From positions 17,918,001-17,982,000 of the forward strand of contig OZ241831.1 of assembly GCA_965202585.1 (NCBI GenBank): DNA of 64,000 nt. The letters are read 5' to 3'. Of the stretch, positions 10,386-21,446 are shown piece after piece (positions within the stretch are counted from its first letter, which is position 1; every line of letters starts with the position of its first letter). Under the pieces are notes generated by a model. The model was not told the origin of the DNA, did not search any database, and was given only the letters and a program-made list of their open reading frames with translations. Source of the DNA: Thalia democratica. Taxonomy: Eukaryota. Both the position numbers and the translations under genes were made by a program.

Positions 10386-12682
10386 TTGTTCATTTTCATA
10401 GCAAGCTTCAAAATTTTCAAGTGTATGAGTTATATCTTTCGTTTTTGTTGTAAAACATTGTGACTAAGTTATACGCTACTATCAGTTTATTGTTGTACTA
10501 GTTAAACATTCAAACATATGTCGTAACTCATAATTCATAGTTTTGCTCAATGTTAAAATCTACTAATTTGAAGAAATAAAAAATTAAATGATTAATATCA
10601 TATAATGCAATAGGTAATCAAGTTATGGTTTAAAAAATATTTAACAAAAAACAAAAATTACTTTTGTTAAATATTAAGTTTTTATTTTTGATTACGTTTT
10701 TTTTCTAAGATTTATATAGATTTTTTTGTCAAGTAGTAGCTAGTTAGTTTAAACAATACAATAAATAATAACAAAATCTAATCTTACAAGATTAAATTAC
10801 ATTTTTTAGTAGCCAATTTATCGGGACAAAATTTAACATTAATAGAACTAGTCGACTTTTAAAGTACTTTTAAAGTTTGAGTTTGAAGTCATTTAATTCT
10901 TTAATAAAATAAAACTAATAGGATCAACAGAAACAAAGTTAAAAAATAATGTTTTGTAGTGAAAAAATATAAAAGTAAACTGAAACATACAAAATTTAAG
11001 TTTTTAAAGCTCATTTTATAATTTGGATATTCAAAAAATTAAAATATATCTTAGTACACCTTTTTTTAAGCAATACTTGTAAAAGTTTCCTATGATACAA
11101 TGATGAAGGAAACCACTGTGTAAAAAGTATAAGTTACAAAAATAAAGACATAAAATTGATCATTGCTTTTTTTACTACAACATTTTTTTTATGTTTATTT
11201 TTTTTTGTTTCTCATTAGTAAGCTAAAATTAATGTTTAATGTAATTCCAAGTTTACCTTAATTTTTTAAAAGATTATGACTATACGATAGTAAAATATTC
11301 AAAATAGAAAAAATGTTTTTAAGTATTTAAGGTTCCTAAGTATTAAAAATTAGAAAATAAACTAAAGTAGACCGGCGTTCTAATTAATCAAACTTAATAA
11401 GTAGTGTGTAAATTTTATTAAAAAAAAGAGTACTTCAGCTTTTTCCATTACTGATTCTAAATGAAAAAATTTAAAAAAATTGTTTGAATTAATTATAAAA
11501 TAATGTTTGCTTAAACTTATGTTTATAAAACAGAATAGCTTCATAAAGGTGTAATAATCAAAATGCAAAAGTTAAGTATTTAAAACTTTTTGTACTAAAA
11601 TGCAGTGTTTTCTTTTTTATTAGTTACCTGTGCATAGTTCGCATTAAAGTTTAAAAAATAACTTAAATAACTTATTAAAAAATAAATTAAACTGTAAAAT
11701 ATATAATTAACTAGCACTATTTTAATCTTGTATTTTTTCTAAGTACTTAGAAGGTTTTTGTGTAGTTTAAGTATGAACTTCACTTAAATAAAACTAAAAA
11801 ATATTAGTTAATATTTTTATTTAGTAGAAAACACGCTTTCAAAATAAATCAAATAAGAAAACTGAAAATATTATAAAAATAAATGCTTGAATGCTAAATA
11901 GTTTTTACGTTGCAACATATAAAAGCAATTTTTTTTTTTTGATTTTCAGATTGTGGTTTATTTGTTAGCTTTACGTATTTTTAAATTTTAGTATCTCATT
12001 AAATATTATAAAAATAATCAATTTGCATTCTTACATCACTTTCCGTAAATAAAGCGCTCACAGTGACTATAAAAAGTAGTATGTATAATAAAGCAAACCA
12101 TTAAAAACATAAAACTAGTATTAGTTACTAGCTTTTACACTTTGAACTTTTAGTTCTATTAAGTTTACTTTAAAGCTAAAATATAAACGCAATTAAAACT
12201 TTACTTTTACTTATAAATATTTTCAGTGAAAAATTTGTTACGAATTCGCTTATAAAAGTTAAAAATAAATAATAATGATTTAAAAATTTACAAAAGTAAA
12301 ATGTTGAATGTAAAGCCTGTAGGCTTTATCAAGCAGATAAATCTAACATCATCGTAATTTGGTTCATCAACAATATTAGTTTAAATTGACAGCCGCTATT
12401 TGTTTTTGTTGTTTGGCTTTGCTTCATCATCGCACCTTGATTACATTCATTGTAACATACCGTTGAGCTTTTTAGTACGATCGATTGCGATGTTTTTTTG
12501 TACTACTATCTCTCCTTCGGTTTGAAATTTTCTTCATCTAGAAGTTAAAAAAAGCATTTTATAGCTAAAACAAAGATGAAGAAGTTTTTATTTTATACTT
12601 TCACAAAACCAACTGAGTTAATTTTTAACTTCAAAAAAAGTATTAATGTCAAACCGTATATATCAAGTTTTTCCTTCAGTAG

Positions 12683-14047
12683 TTATAAGGCAGCCTGGTT
12701 GTATGCTGACTGGGTTGAGTTGGGGAAAAACCTGTTTTTGTTGTAGTTCAGATCGTTGCCATGGTAAATCGTCGCTGCGGCCGCGCTGACGGCTTCGCTA
12801 CCCATCGAACTGATGTTGTTTTCAGAGTAGAACCTGTTGCCGAACATCTGAGAACCGCGGCAAGTGCTCGATTGATCCGACGGATCCTGAATGTACCCCT
12901 GAGCTGGCTGGGACGCGGAGTTGAAAGCTGGTCCTGGTGCTGTTGAACTGGCGCGGGAGCTCGCTCCGTCAAAAGGACTGCTCACTGACAAGTTGGAAGC
13001 TCTCGGAGAGCAACTTTTGTGACCCGTGTGCCCGTAAAACTCGTTTTTTGCAGCAAACTGCGTCGAGTGTCTGAACCCGTTACCGTTCGAAGACGGAAAC
13101 TTTTGATAAAAGTCTAAAGCTTGCTGGTTATTATAAACGCTACTTGCTTCGTTTGAAGTCTTTTGATTTGGAGACAAGTTTTGAGTTTTTGACAATGGTG
13201 AATTATTGTAGAAACTCGGATAGTCTGATGATCGGTATTTTTCTATGTGCTTGTCACTTGACTGTCTTGAGTTCAGTTGTTTGCCAGATATAGAGGTCAT
13301 TCCGATTTCATGCGTAGCGTTTGGGCTCATTTGAATCGTGTTCGACCGGGAACTTTTAGTGGAAAGAGTTGGTGATGGTTGTTTGTTTAATGACCCGTCT
13401 TCAGCTAAATTTGTCTTTGCTTGATTTTGGTTGTTCTTGGCCATATGAGTCATCCAGTGAGTGTAGTTTGGAAACATGTTTTGTTTAGACACTAAGGAGG
13501 AATAAGGATTGTTTGGCTTTTCGCCTTGTCCGTTCATAAAGTTTGCAGACATATTAGGCTTGTTGTAGATTGCCTTATCAAAACTTGAGCTTATTTGTTC
13601 GGGCTTGTTTAAAACTTTGCTTTCTTCTTTATGCTTCTGCTGATCGCAGTCTTGGTGGCTGAGCACGTTATTAACTTGCTTCAAATTTCCTTCGATGCTC
13701 AGCTTAACGTTTCCTGCGTACTTTCCTTCGTCAATTACCAAGTTGGAAGGCGAGTCGCTTTGCAGGAAGCCGTCGTCGACTTTGTTGCAGTTGACGGCCG
13801 AAGGTGAGCTTTTTATTTCCATCGAAAACTGGATGTCAGGGTTTTCGCGGTCTGAAGCGTTGCGCTTCTCGTTTTCGCTCACTTCCTTGCAGCTGTTGCT
13901 CGGACTGGACGTTGATTTCACCACTTCCTCGTTTTCGCTGCTCTTCGTGCTCTGGTCCATCTTCGACTCGTTACAGCTCGTCGCGGCCGGTTTCGCCTGC
14001 ATTTTCAGTTGGCGCCTGAGTTTCGCTCTTCGATTCTGGAACCAAAC
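12683..14047 (-). CDS. UNCX: Uncx-like homeobox gene, exon 3 (VWFQNRRAKLRRQLKMQAKPAATS...AYNQAAL*)
   Basis: tattttag|GTT TGG TTC CAG AAT CGA acceptor completes homeodomain helix 3 in phase 0; 1365-nt open frame with a long S/N/Q-rich tail ending at TAA. Confidence 0.93.
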   Translation of the reverse strand, partial: VWFQNRRAKLRRQLKMQAKPAATSCNESKMDQSTKSSENEEVVKSTSSPSNSCKEVSENEKRNASDRENPDIQFSMEIKSSPSAVNCNKVDDGFLQSDSPSNLVIDEGKYAGNVKLSIEGNLKQVNNVLSHQDCDQQKHKEESKVLNKPEQISSSFDKAIYNKPNMSANFMNGQGEKPNNPYSSLVSKQNMFPNYTHWMTHMAKNNQNQAKTNLAEDGSLNKQPSPTLSTKSSRSNTIQMSPNATHEIGMTSISGKQLNSRQSSDKHIEKYRSSDYPSFYNNSPLSKTQNLSPNQKTSNEASSVYNNQQALDFYQKFPSSNGNGFRHSTQFAAKNEFYGHTGHKSCSPRASNLSVSSPFDGASSRASSTAPGPAFNSASQPAQGYIQDPSDQSSTCRGSQMFGNRFYSENNISSMGSEAVSAAAATIYHGNDLNYNKNRFFPNSTQSAYNQAAL

Positions 14048-17000
14048 CTAAAATATTAGTTTTCGATAAAAGCTTGTTTGGATTGATTATTATCGAAATC
14101 TCTAAACAGTTTTAAAATGATAGAAGTTATTATTTAGCTTTGAAAACTAAAATAGTAACTTTTATTAAATTTATTCTGCTTACTTGTAATCAAACTGGAC
14201 TAAACTTTGAAGCTAATACAGCCTTTACTAGTAACACGTTTATAGATTGCTTTTAAAGCTTTGACCTTTTTAAACTACGGTCAAAAACTTGTATTGTATA
14301 AGGCTATTAATTAATTTTTACAAGAGTAATGAAATTATTTTTTCTGCAAGGTGTAATACAACAATAAGGTAATTGGAGTAATGCGGAAAGTCAATAATGT
14401 GCAACAAATCCGACCGTTTTTAACAAGCCGATTTTCGTATTAGCCTAAAAACGCAATTTTGTTTTGTAATCTACTTTTTTAGCATTGGACGCCTTTCATC
14501 GTTACACGGAAGAACTTTTAACGCACCGCTGACTTGCATAATTACAATTACCTTTAATAGAAATACACTTTTTAGTTTACACGAACAGAAAAAAAACTGA
14601 CTCATCAAAGGTGACGGCCCTTATAGACGGAAAGACCAGCACGAAAGTATATGATGATTTTATTTTTAAATCACGTAAAAACATTTAAGCTTTTGGCTGC
14701 GAGCTCTTTACGAGCGTAAACTTGAACAATGACTTTTTTGTATCCGCACTGTTTTCTTTGCGTTTCGCCAGTCGAATACCTGTTGCCTTTCCGCCGCTAT
14801 CAGCCCCTCGCTTCATTTCTTCAAGTATTAACAAAATTGGCCGCTCTCATGATAATGATACTGTTGCTCTCTCGACTTGGAAGCTTTCCAGCGAAAAGGC
14901 AACGAGACCGGACGGAAAAACGCGAGCATTCGACTTAATTAAGTTCGGGTCGACGCAACGGTTTCTTGCTTGTTGAGAGCATATGATGAATGATAGCTTT
15001 TTTTCAACCGCAGCAGGTTTTCGTGTAATAAACTACTAAAATAGCGCTGTAATTTATGAGATCTGGAACATTTACATTTTTTCGGTTGTTTGTTAATGTG
15101 TTGTTCGAGTTTAAAAATGTTAATTTTGTTTCTTTGAAAACACATTAACGTCAAGCTAAACTATTGCAGAGCTAAAGTATACATTTCTAGTAGTAAGCAA
15201 TTGTTTTGCTACTCAACATAAAATAACCTAAAATTCAACACAAACTAGCAGTGTATGCTATTGCAAGTGCTAATGCATATCAGAATAACCAGCCTGTGTG
15301 AGAAACATTTCTACCGTATTTACATTCTGTCTACTTAATTCGCTTTAACTCGGTAAGCCCTTCGCTCAATCGAATTGAAAATTCAAAGTGCGCTTCAACC
15401 CGATTACGGATGGGGCAGACGACAAGTTGTCTGTCAACGAAATATTTACAAGATATTCGATTTCGACTTGATCGCGGCGTAAGCTTGCAGCATTGAAAAA
15501 AGGCTTACCCGTCTAATCTAACAAGAGTAAAGTGAATTCAGTGCGAATGGCTAAGGCCGCGCGTAGCCTTTACTGCTTACATATGTCGTAAAACAGGCTA
15601 AATGTTGTTTTGTTTGTCTTTAAAGACTAAGTATGGTAACAATATTGCTGGTAGGCTACTTTTTACTTTGAAAGTGCCAGTCAAGGACTAAAAAAAAAAA
15701 AGAAACTTATTAACATATCAGTAATGTTAATTAATTGAGTGCTAAACACATTTAATTTGATTAGCCCACCAGCGGCATTTTACGCTTTTAGTTTTAACCG
15801 CGCTTAAAAGCTTTGGTGACTTAATAGTATAATTTTTTAGTACTTTAAGTGTATTAAAAATTTCTTATAGCTAGTTATAGCCTAATAACTCTTTTTAAAT
15901 TTTGTAAAATTAATTACAAAACAAGCGAAAAAGTTTAACTAAAATTTTTTTTGCTATAAAAATTATACTACCAGCTCGTGATTTAGTATTACATAAAAGT
16001 TATGCGAATAATCTATTATAAAACTGTCTTAAACATTTACATGTATATCTAAATTGTAAATCGTAAGCTTTCTTTGAGCCTATAAATATCGAAGTTAAAC
16101 TAAATTTTAAGCAAAGCAATACTTGTCTTGAAAATAATTAACAATAAAAGAAATTATGATCTTCTTCAAACTAGCCTAATTCCTTCCTGGTAAACAAAAT
16201 GGCGCCATAATCTTACAAATAATAAAAACTTACAAACATAACTTCTACTAGACTGTCTGTATTTTTTATCAAAACACTCCGTCAATCAAAATGAACTTAA
16301 GCAAAAAAGTTTAAGAAATATTTACATCTGAAGTACTTTTACTTATTGGTACTATCGATGCAAAATTATCTAAATAAAAAATGCTTCTAGTTATACCAAT
16401 TGTTTTACTAAATTTTTTTTAGTTAAATTTAAATTATAAATAAAAACTTTAAAAGCAATCTAAAATATATTTTATGAATTAGAAATGAATAAGCACAGTG
16501 GGTAAGTTTTATCGAGAGCACCATTAGTTTAATTAAAAACAAACATTGGTATTGCTATTTTTGTAACTAAATTTTAGAGGACATATTCTTTTCAAGAAAT
16601 GAATGTCATTTCTGATTTTTTTATTAAGTAGATTATTAAATGTAAAATTTTCTAAATTTTTAAAGATTAGTTTATCAAAAGTTTACTGAGGACAAATTGT
16701 AAATCTATAAACGTTTTGAATTTATGTAATATGCAATAAATTTGTAGATTTTACAAAACTATCTTTTAATTTTTCTGTTATTGATGCAATAGAAAAATCA
16801 CAAATAAAAAATTGACTTTGTCCTGGACTGATTCAAGCATTTTTAATTAATTCTGGTCGGATTTAAAAAAATTAAGTTTAAAGTTTTTAAAACACATCAA
16901 AAAACTGTTACTAATTTTTTTTAACTGAGGTTAAAGTTTTGACAAAACTATTCAATTGTTTTTCTATCTACTTAACCAGTAACTAAACTGTTTTTATTTG

Positions 17001-18517
17001 TCATCATAACAACACATTGTTTTGCACAGCCAGTTTGTAAACAAAATCGCGATGCGCACACAACATCGCTTTGATTTTCTCGCTATTTATTTGTGTTCAC
17101 TTTGTTTACACCTCACACACGCAGCTGCCCGTCGACCGGTGTTTGATGCGAAGACACATCGGTGCTTCAGACCCTCTCCTGCCCCTCTGTCCCCAACGTC
17201 GGCGCATTCAAAGGCCCATTCCATTTGAAGTTGCGCCCCGCAGCAAGTCGAGCGTGCACGCACAGCATGTTTACGTTTTGAACGAGGGGCGCGGCCGTTG
17301 GAGCAGAAAGTCGGGTAAACACAGTTGAGTGCCCCGACCGGTTGACCCCTGTGACTGATGCGTTCGGCCTTAGGAAGATTACGCGAGAGCTCAAAGCTAA
17401 CGCGCTTATTCCCGCTCGTTACGGTAATCCCGGTTTTCGGTGTTCGGGGTGTCACGCGAAGTGCAAAAGTCTGGTAATTGCCGGCCGGTTATTGAAAATT
17501 CGCATGGTCGTCTGGTAATAAGCCTGGTGTTTGGATTACAATATGACTTTATTAGGGTAGTGCAAGGGCATTTTCGCAGAACAAAAACATTTACGACTTC
17601 TAATTAAATAAGACAGCTTACAACTTTCTCAAACATAGGACTAAAAGTCCATTTGTTATATTTTACTGACAAAAGTTTACGCTACTTTATCTTACATCTA
17701 CATGAATGCTTAGTATAAACTTAGTCTACTTGGTTTTTAACAACTAGGCAACTACAGCTTTTTAAAAAATAACATGTTAACCAATAATTTTATTAGAAAT
17801 TACTGGCTAGATATTTTTAAACTAACAAAACAGAAAATTGGGAAATTAAAAGAAACATAAAAAAAATTTCTAAGAAAACAGAAGATATTAATTGGCAAGT
17901 TAGAACTAATAATTACGTCAAAAGCTATCCCGCAATGTTCTAATTTTATTTTTATACTTTATAAACATTTAAACTTAGTCTTTACAAATCTAGTCTGTAT
18001 TTTTTCCTTAGTTAAAAGTAACATTTCTTATAAGTGACAAGATACAAATTTATATTACAAAGATCTAGACGTTCCATGAGTATTAAAAGTAACATGCAGT
18101 ATTATTTTGTTTTCTGAAATTTTTATACTAAGTTAGATATTAAATAATTAGACAGTTTATTTTAATTAAGTTTATTTAAAAATTTTATGTATTAAAAGAC
18201 TTGTATGCTGTTTTCCTAATTTGTGGAAGACTTCTAAATTTTAAGTTAAGTGAAAACTTAGTCTTAAAAAGTAATAAATTAGACTCATTGCGTCTAATAA
18301 TGTTTAATTTCGTAACATTTTGTATATTTTAAAGACCCTTTATTTGTCATATTAGTATGAAATTATTTATAACTTATTAATTAAAAAAATTAAAACAACA
18401 ATAGAATCTAGTAGTTATCTAAAACTTATATTCTATGAAATAAAAATACTATGAATAGTCCGATATAATTAGGAAGTTTAATACTGTTACAGTTTACTGA
18501 TAAAACAATATAATCAC

Positions 18518-18675
18518 CTGAATTCTTGCTTCAATCAAGTCAAGTCTCAATGCAAGTGCCTCCCTCATGAAAATGTCAGGGTAGTGAGTCGCGTGAAAGG
18601 CACGTTCCAGCTCCTCGAGCTGCCACTGGCTGTAGTTTGCCCTCGCCCGCCTCTGCTTCGTGTTTTTACTGTCGT
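18518..18675 (-). CDS. UNCX: Uncx-like homeobox gene, exon 2 ([53 protein letters not shown])
   Basis: Branch-like ctaac plus cattgacag| acceptor (phase 1), CAG|gtgatt donor at the classic PRD-class codon 46/47 position. WQLEELE..F..HYPD.FMREALA.RLDL.E is the Unc-4/Uncx signature; Q50. Confidence 0.92.
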
Positions 18676-21025
18676 CTGTCAATGCAAACGACTGTTAGTC
18701 GAACTACCTTTGCCAACTTATTTTTGTTTTGTATATATGTGAAAGGCAGTACAAAAAGTAAAAAAGCATTTAAGTGTGTAATACTAAACAGCGGTATTTG
18801 TTAAACATAAATAAAGTATAATCAAAAGTGTTTAATTTTTTTTTAGGAAATATTATGAGACATAAATAAAAAGTTAAACAAAAATAGTTTCAGTATATAC
18901 TAAAATTGAGCAGCAGTAATTAAAAAATATATTTTTTTTGTTAAATTAATTTCAATTACTTACTAAAGTTCTACCATATTATGTTTAGATAAAAAATAAA
19001 ACTTCTAATATTTCTAATTAGTACATTGTTGAAAACCATATTTAAACTGTTAAGTATTACTAGAGCAGATAAAACCTGACTTTTAAAGTAGTTTTAGTGT
19101 TAATAAGTTGTTTAATAAGGTATAAAACTTTAAGTTAGTTTTGTTTTAACTTAAAATAACTTGTATTTAAAGTTAAGTTTAAAGTAAGTGCCTCATTTAA
19201 TTTAAGGTACACTTAATGCAATAATGTAGTTAACATTCATTCTAAATCTTTATATGAAACAATTATATATAAAATACATATTTTAAACTTTTTTCTTCTG
19301 AGTAAACAGAATCATGTAATAAAGTTTTTTTGTTGTTGTTTTTATTGTTGTTACGGATTTAAATAAAGTTTTTTTTTATTTGTCAATTTGAAGAAAGACT
19401 TAAGTTATAACAGCTACTTATGATAAATAAAATTTGATTTTCAAAAAGTAAAATATTTCCATTTTAACTAGACTCTACTTTTAAGCGTTAATTGCTTGTT
19501 GGCTTCGTAAATTTCGATGATTCAGCTTGAATGTATTAACAACGCAAACAAAACGAGCGATTAGATGCTAACTCGTTTTAAGAGGAACTAATCAAGACTG
19601 CAACTCTACTCATTACTAGCAGTTTTGTAACACACACGAAGAGAAATATTAATGGATGAAGAGGCACACTTTAAGATATACCTGTAAAACCTTGTTTTAC
19701 TTTTGAATACCTGTTTAAAAGCTTAATTTCTTAGTGTTAAATAGCCAAAATAGTTAATGACAGCTACACAGTTTAGTTGTCTAAATTTTCTTAATTTGAT
19801 ATTTACGTGCATAAAAAAGATAGTTTGTAGTATGACATGCTTATTTTTGTATAAATTTTCTTATTGTAAGAAAATAGAGAGCTTTTGAGTCTTTTATTTT
19901 TGTATGTAATTTTTTAAATTATAGTTTTGTCAGATTATTACCTTAATGGTATATGTTTTTTAGTGTTTAAGCAATAGTTGAAAAAAAAAATAATAAATTG
20001 TACATGTACATGCTTTTTTATTCAAACTAACAGTCGTTTTTTATGTAATTCCTAACTAATTGTGTTAAAATAAACTTATTATATACTTTAATTTTTTAAT
20101 TCTAAACTAAATTAGTGAGAATGTTACAACAGCGGAAAACGCTTTTAAATTGAATTAAGATTCTATTTGGTAACTACTGAGTATAAATTGACTTATGTTT
20201 TATAATCAGAAGTTAATAACTAACCAAGCCTTAATTTTTATAATTTTCTATGATTAATAACTTTGAATTCCTTATTTTGAGTGTAAGTCTTTATAATACT
20301 AGGTATGAATCTTTTTTAATATATATCAGTTACGTAAGTTTTTATGTGAAAAATAGGTAGTTTGAGGTATTAAAAAGTTTTTTAGTTTTAAATTAGACTT
20401 TAGTTTATAACTCTATGTATTTATTTATCAATCAACTTTTTATGTATTTTTTTAATTGGTTTAATTTACAAAATACTTATAAGTAAGTTATTTTTTTTAG
20501 TACATTTACAAAAGCTATAGTAAAAAAAAACGACGTTGTATTATTTTTTTTACAATCTCATTTTAAAGTTTTTAAACAATTTTAATTTTTATGCCGACAA
20601 TTATATTTCAAAAGTTAAAACTTTCTTATAGTCTTTATTTTATTTTATTTTTTGCATAAATTATACAAAGCGCTTACTAGTAATATTGTTTATAAAACTC
20701 AAAAATATTTTAAGGTACTCATTTATGTATAAAAGTTTAAAAAAAACAAAAAAAAAAAACTTTTAACAAAAATTTACGACAAAAACTTTCTTTGTAAACA
20801 AATAAAAAGCCATTTTTGAAAAATTGTTTGATTATTAAATCAAAATGTGTTTAAATAATTTGTCAATATCTATCCTTTCTCAACTTTAAGTTTAGCACTA
20901 AAAAAAAGCTACGATAGGTTTGTACTTAGCTTGAATATTGAACAGTTAATCTATGCCACTATCTAATTATATTACACCTCCGTTGCTAAAGTACTTTTAT
21001 ATATGTCTTCAAACTTTGTACTAAC

Positions 21026-21446
21026 CATAGTGTGAGTAGTCGTGGCCGTTAGGAGCGGCGTGGGCGCCAATCCCTCCAAATCCCGCCGCCTGCGACGCCA
21101 TCATCAGCGCTTGCTTGCATGGATCCGTGGCTGTGTAGGGCGGGAAAAGTCCCCCGGCCCCGTTCGCCACCCCGGCCATTTCGTTGTACGAGCTGTACAG
21201 GGCCGCTGCAGCCCGGTTCGCCGCGGCCGCTCCCAGTTGCTGGTTGCTCGTAGCCATGAGGTTTTGCTGGGGGTAGTAGTTGTGGTGAGTGTTGGACGGG
21301 TGACCCGCGCTGTTGCTGCCCTGCGGGGATATTGGGAATCCCCGGTGGGAGTAGAAGTTGTTCGGGTAACCGTGGGCTATCATCGAGTGAGAGCCACCGT
21401 CTACGCCAGGCACAAGTGAGTTGGATTGTCGGTATGGGTTGTACAT
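21026..21446 (-). CDS. UNCX: Uncx-like homeobox gene, first coding exon (MYNPYRQS...HDYSHY)
   Basis: GC-rich open frame from ATG, ending TAT G|gttagt; the phase 1 donor matches the exon 2 acceptor. Low-complexity A/G/N/Q-rich N-terminus typical of transcription factors. Joining to exon 2 is inferred from phase. Confidence 0.82.

Noticed and set aside
12748-14051. Extra overlapping ORFs in Uncx exons (12748, 12761, 13695, 13804; also 21042 and 21049)
   Set aside because: Alternative-frame or antisense ORFs expected in GC-rich coding exons; no domains or splice support.
17300-17440. RNase P/MRP-like P4 motif (gaaagtcggg ... cccggtttt)
   Set aside because: gtcggg has a closer local partner (cccgac), and no P8 GARAR hairpin follows CR-I at the expected spacing.
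21142-21160. GGAAAAGTCCCCCGG resembling RNase MRP CR-I
   Set aside because: It is the antisense of Uncx codons for AGGLFP, with no other MRP elements.
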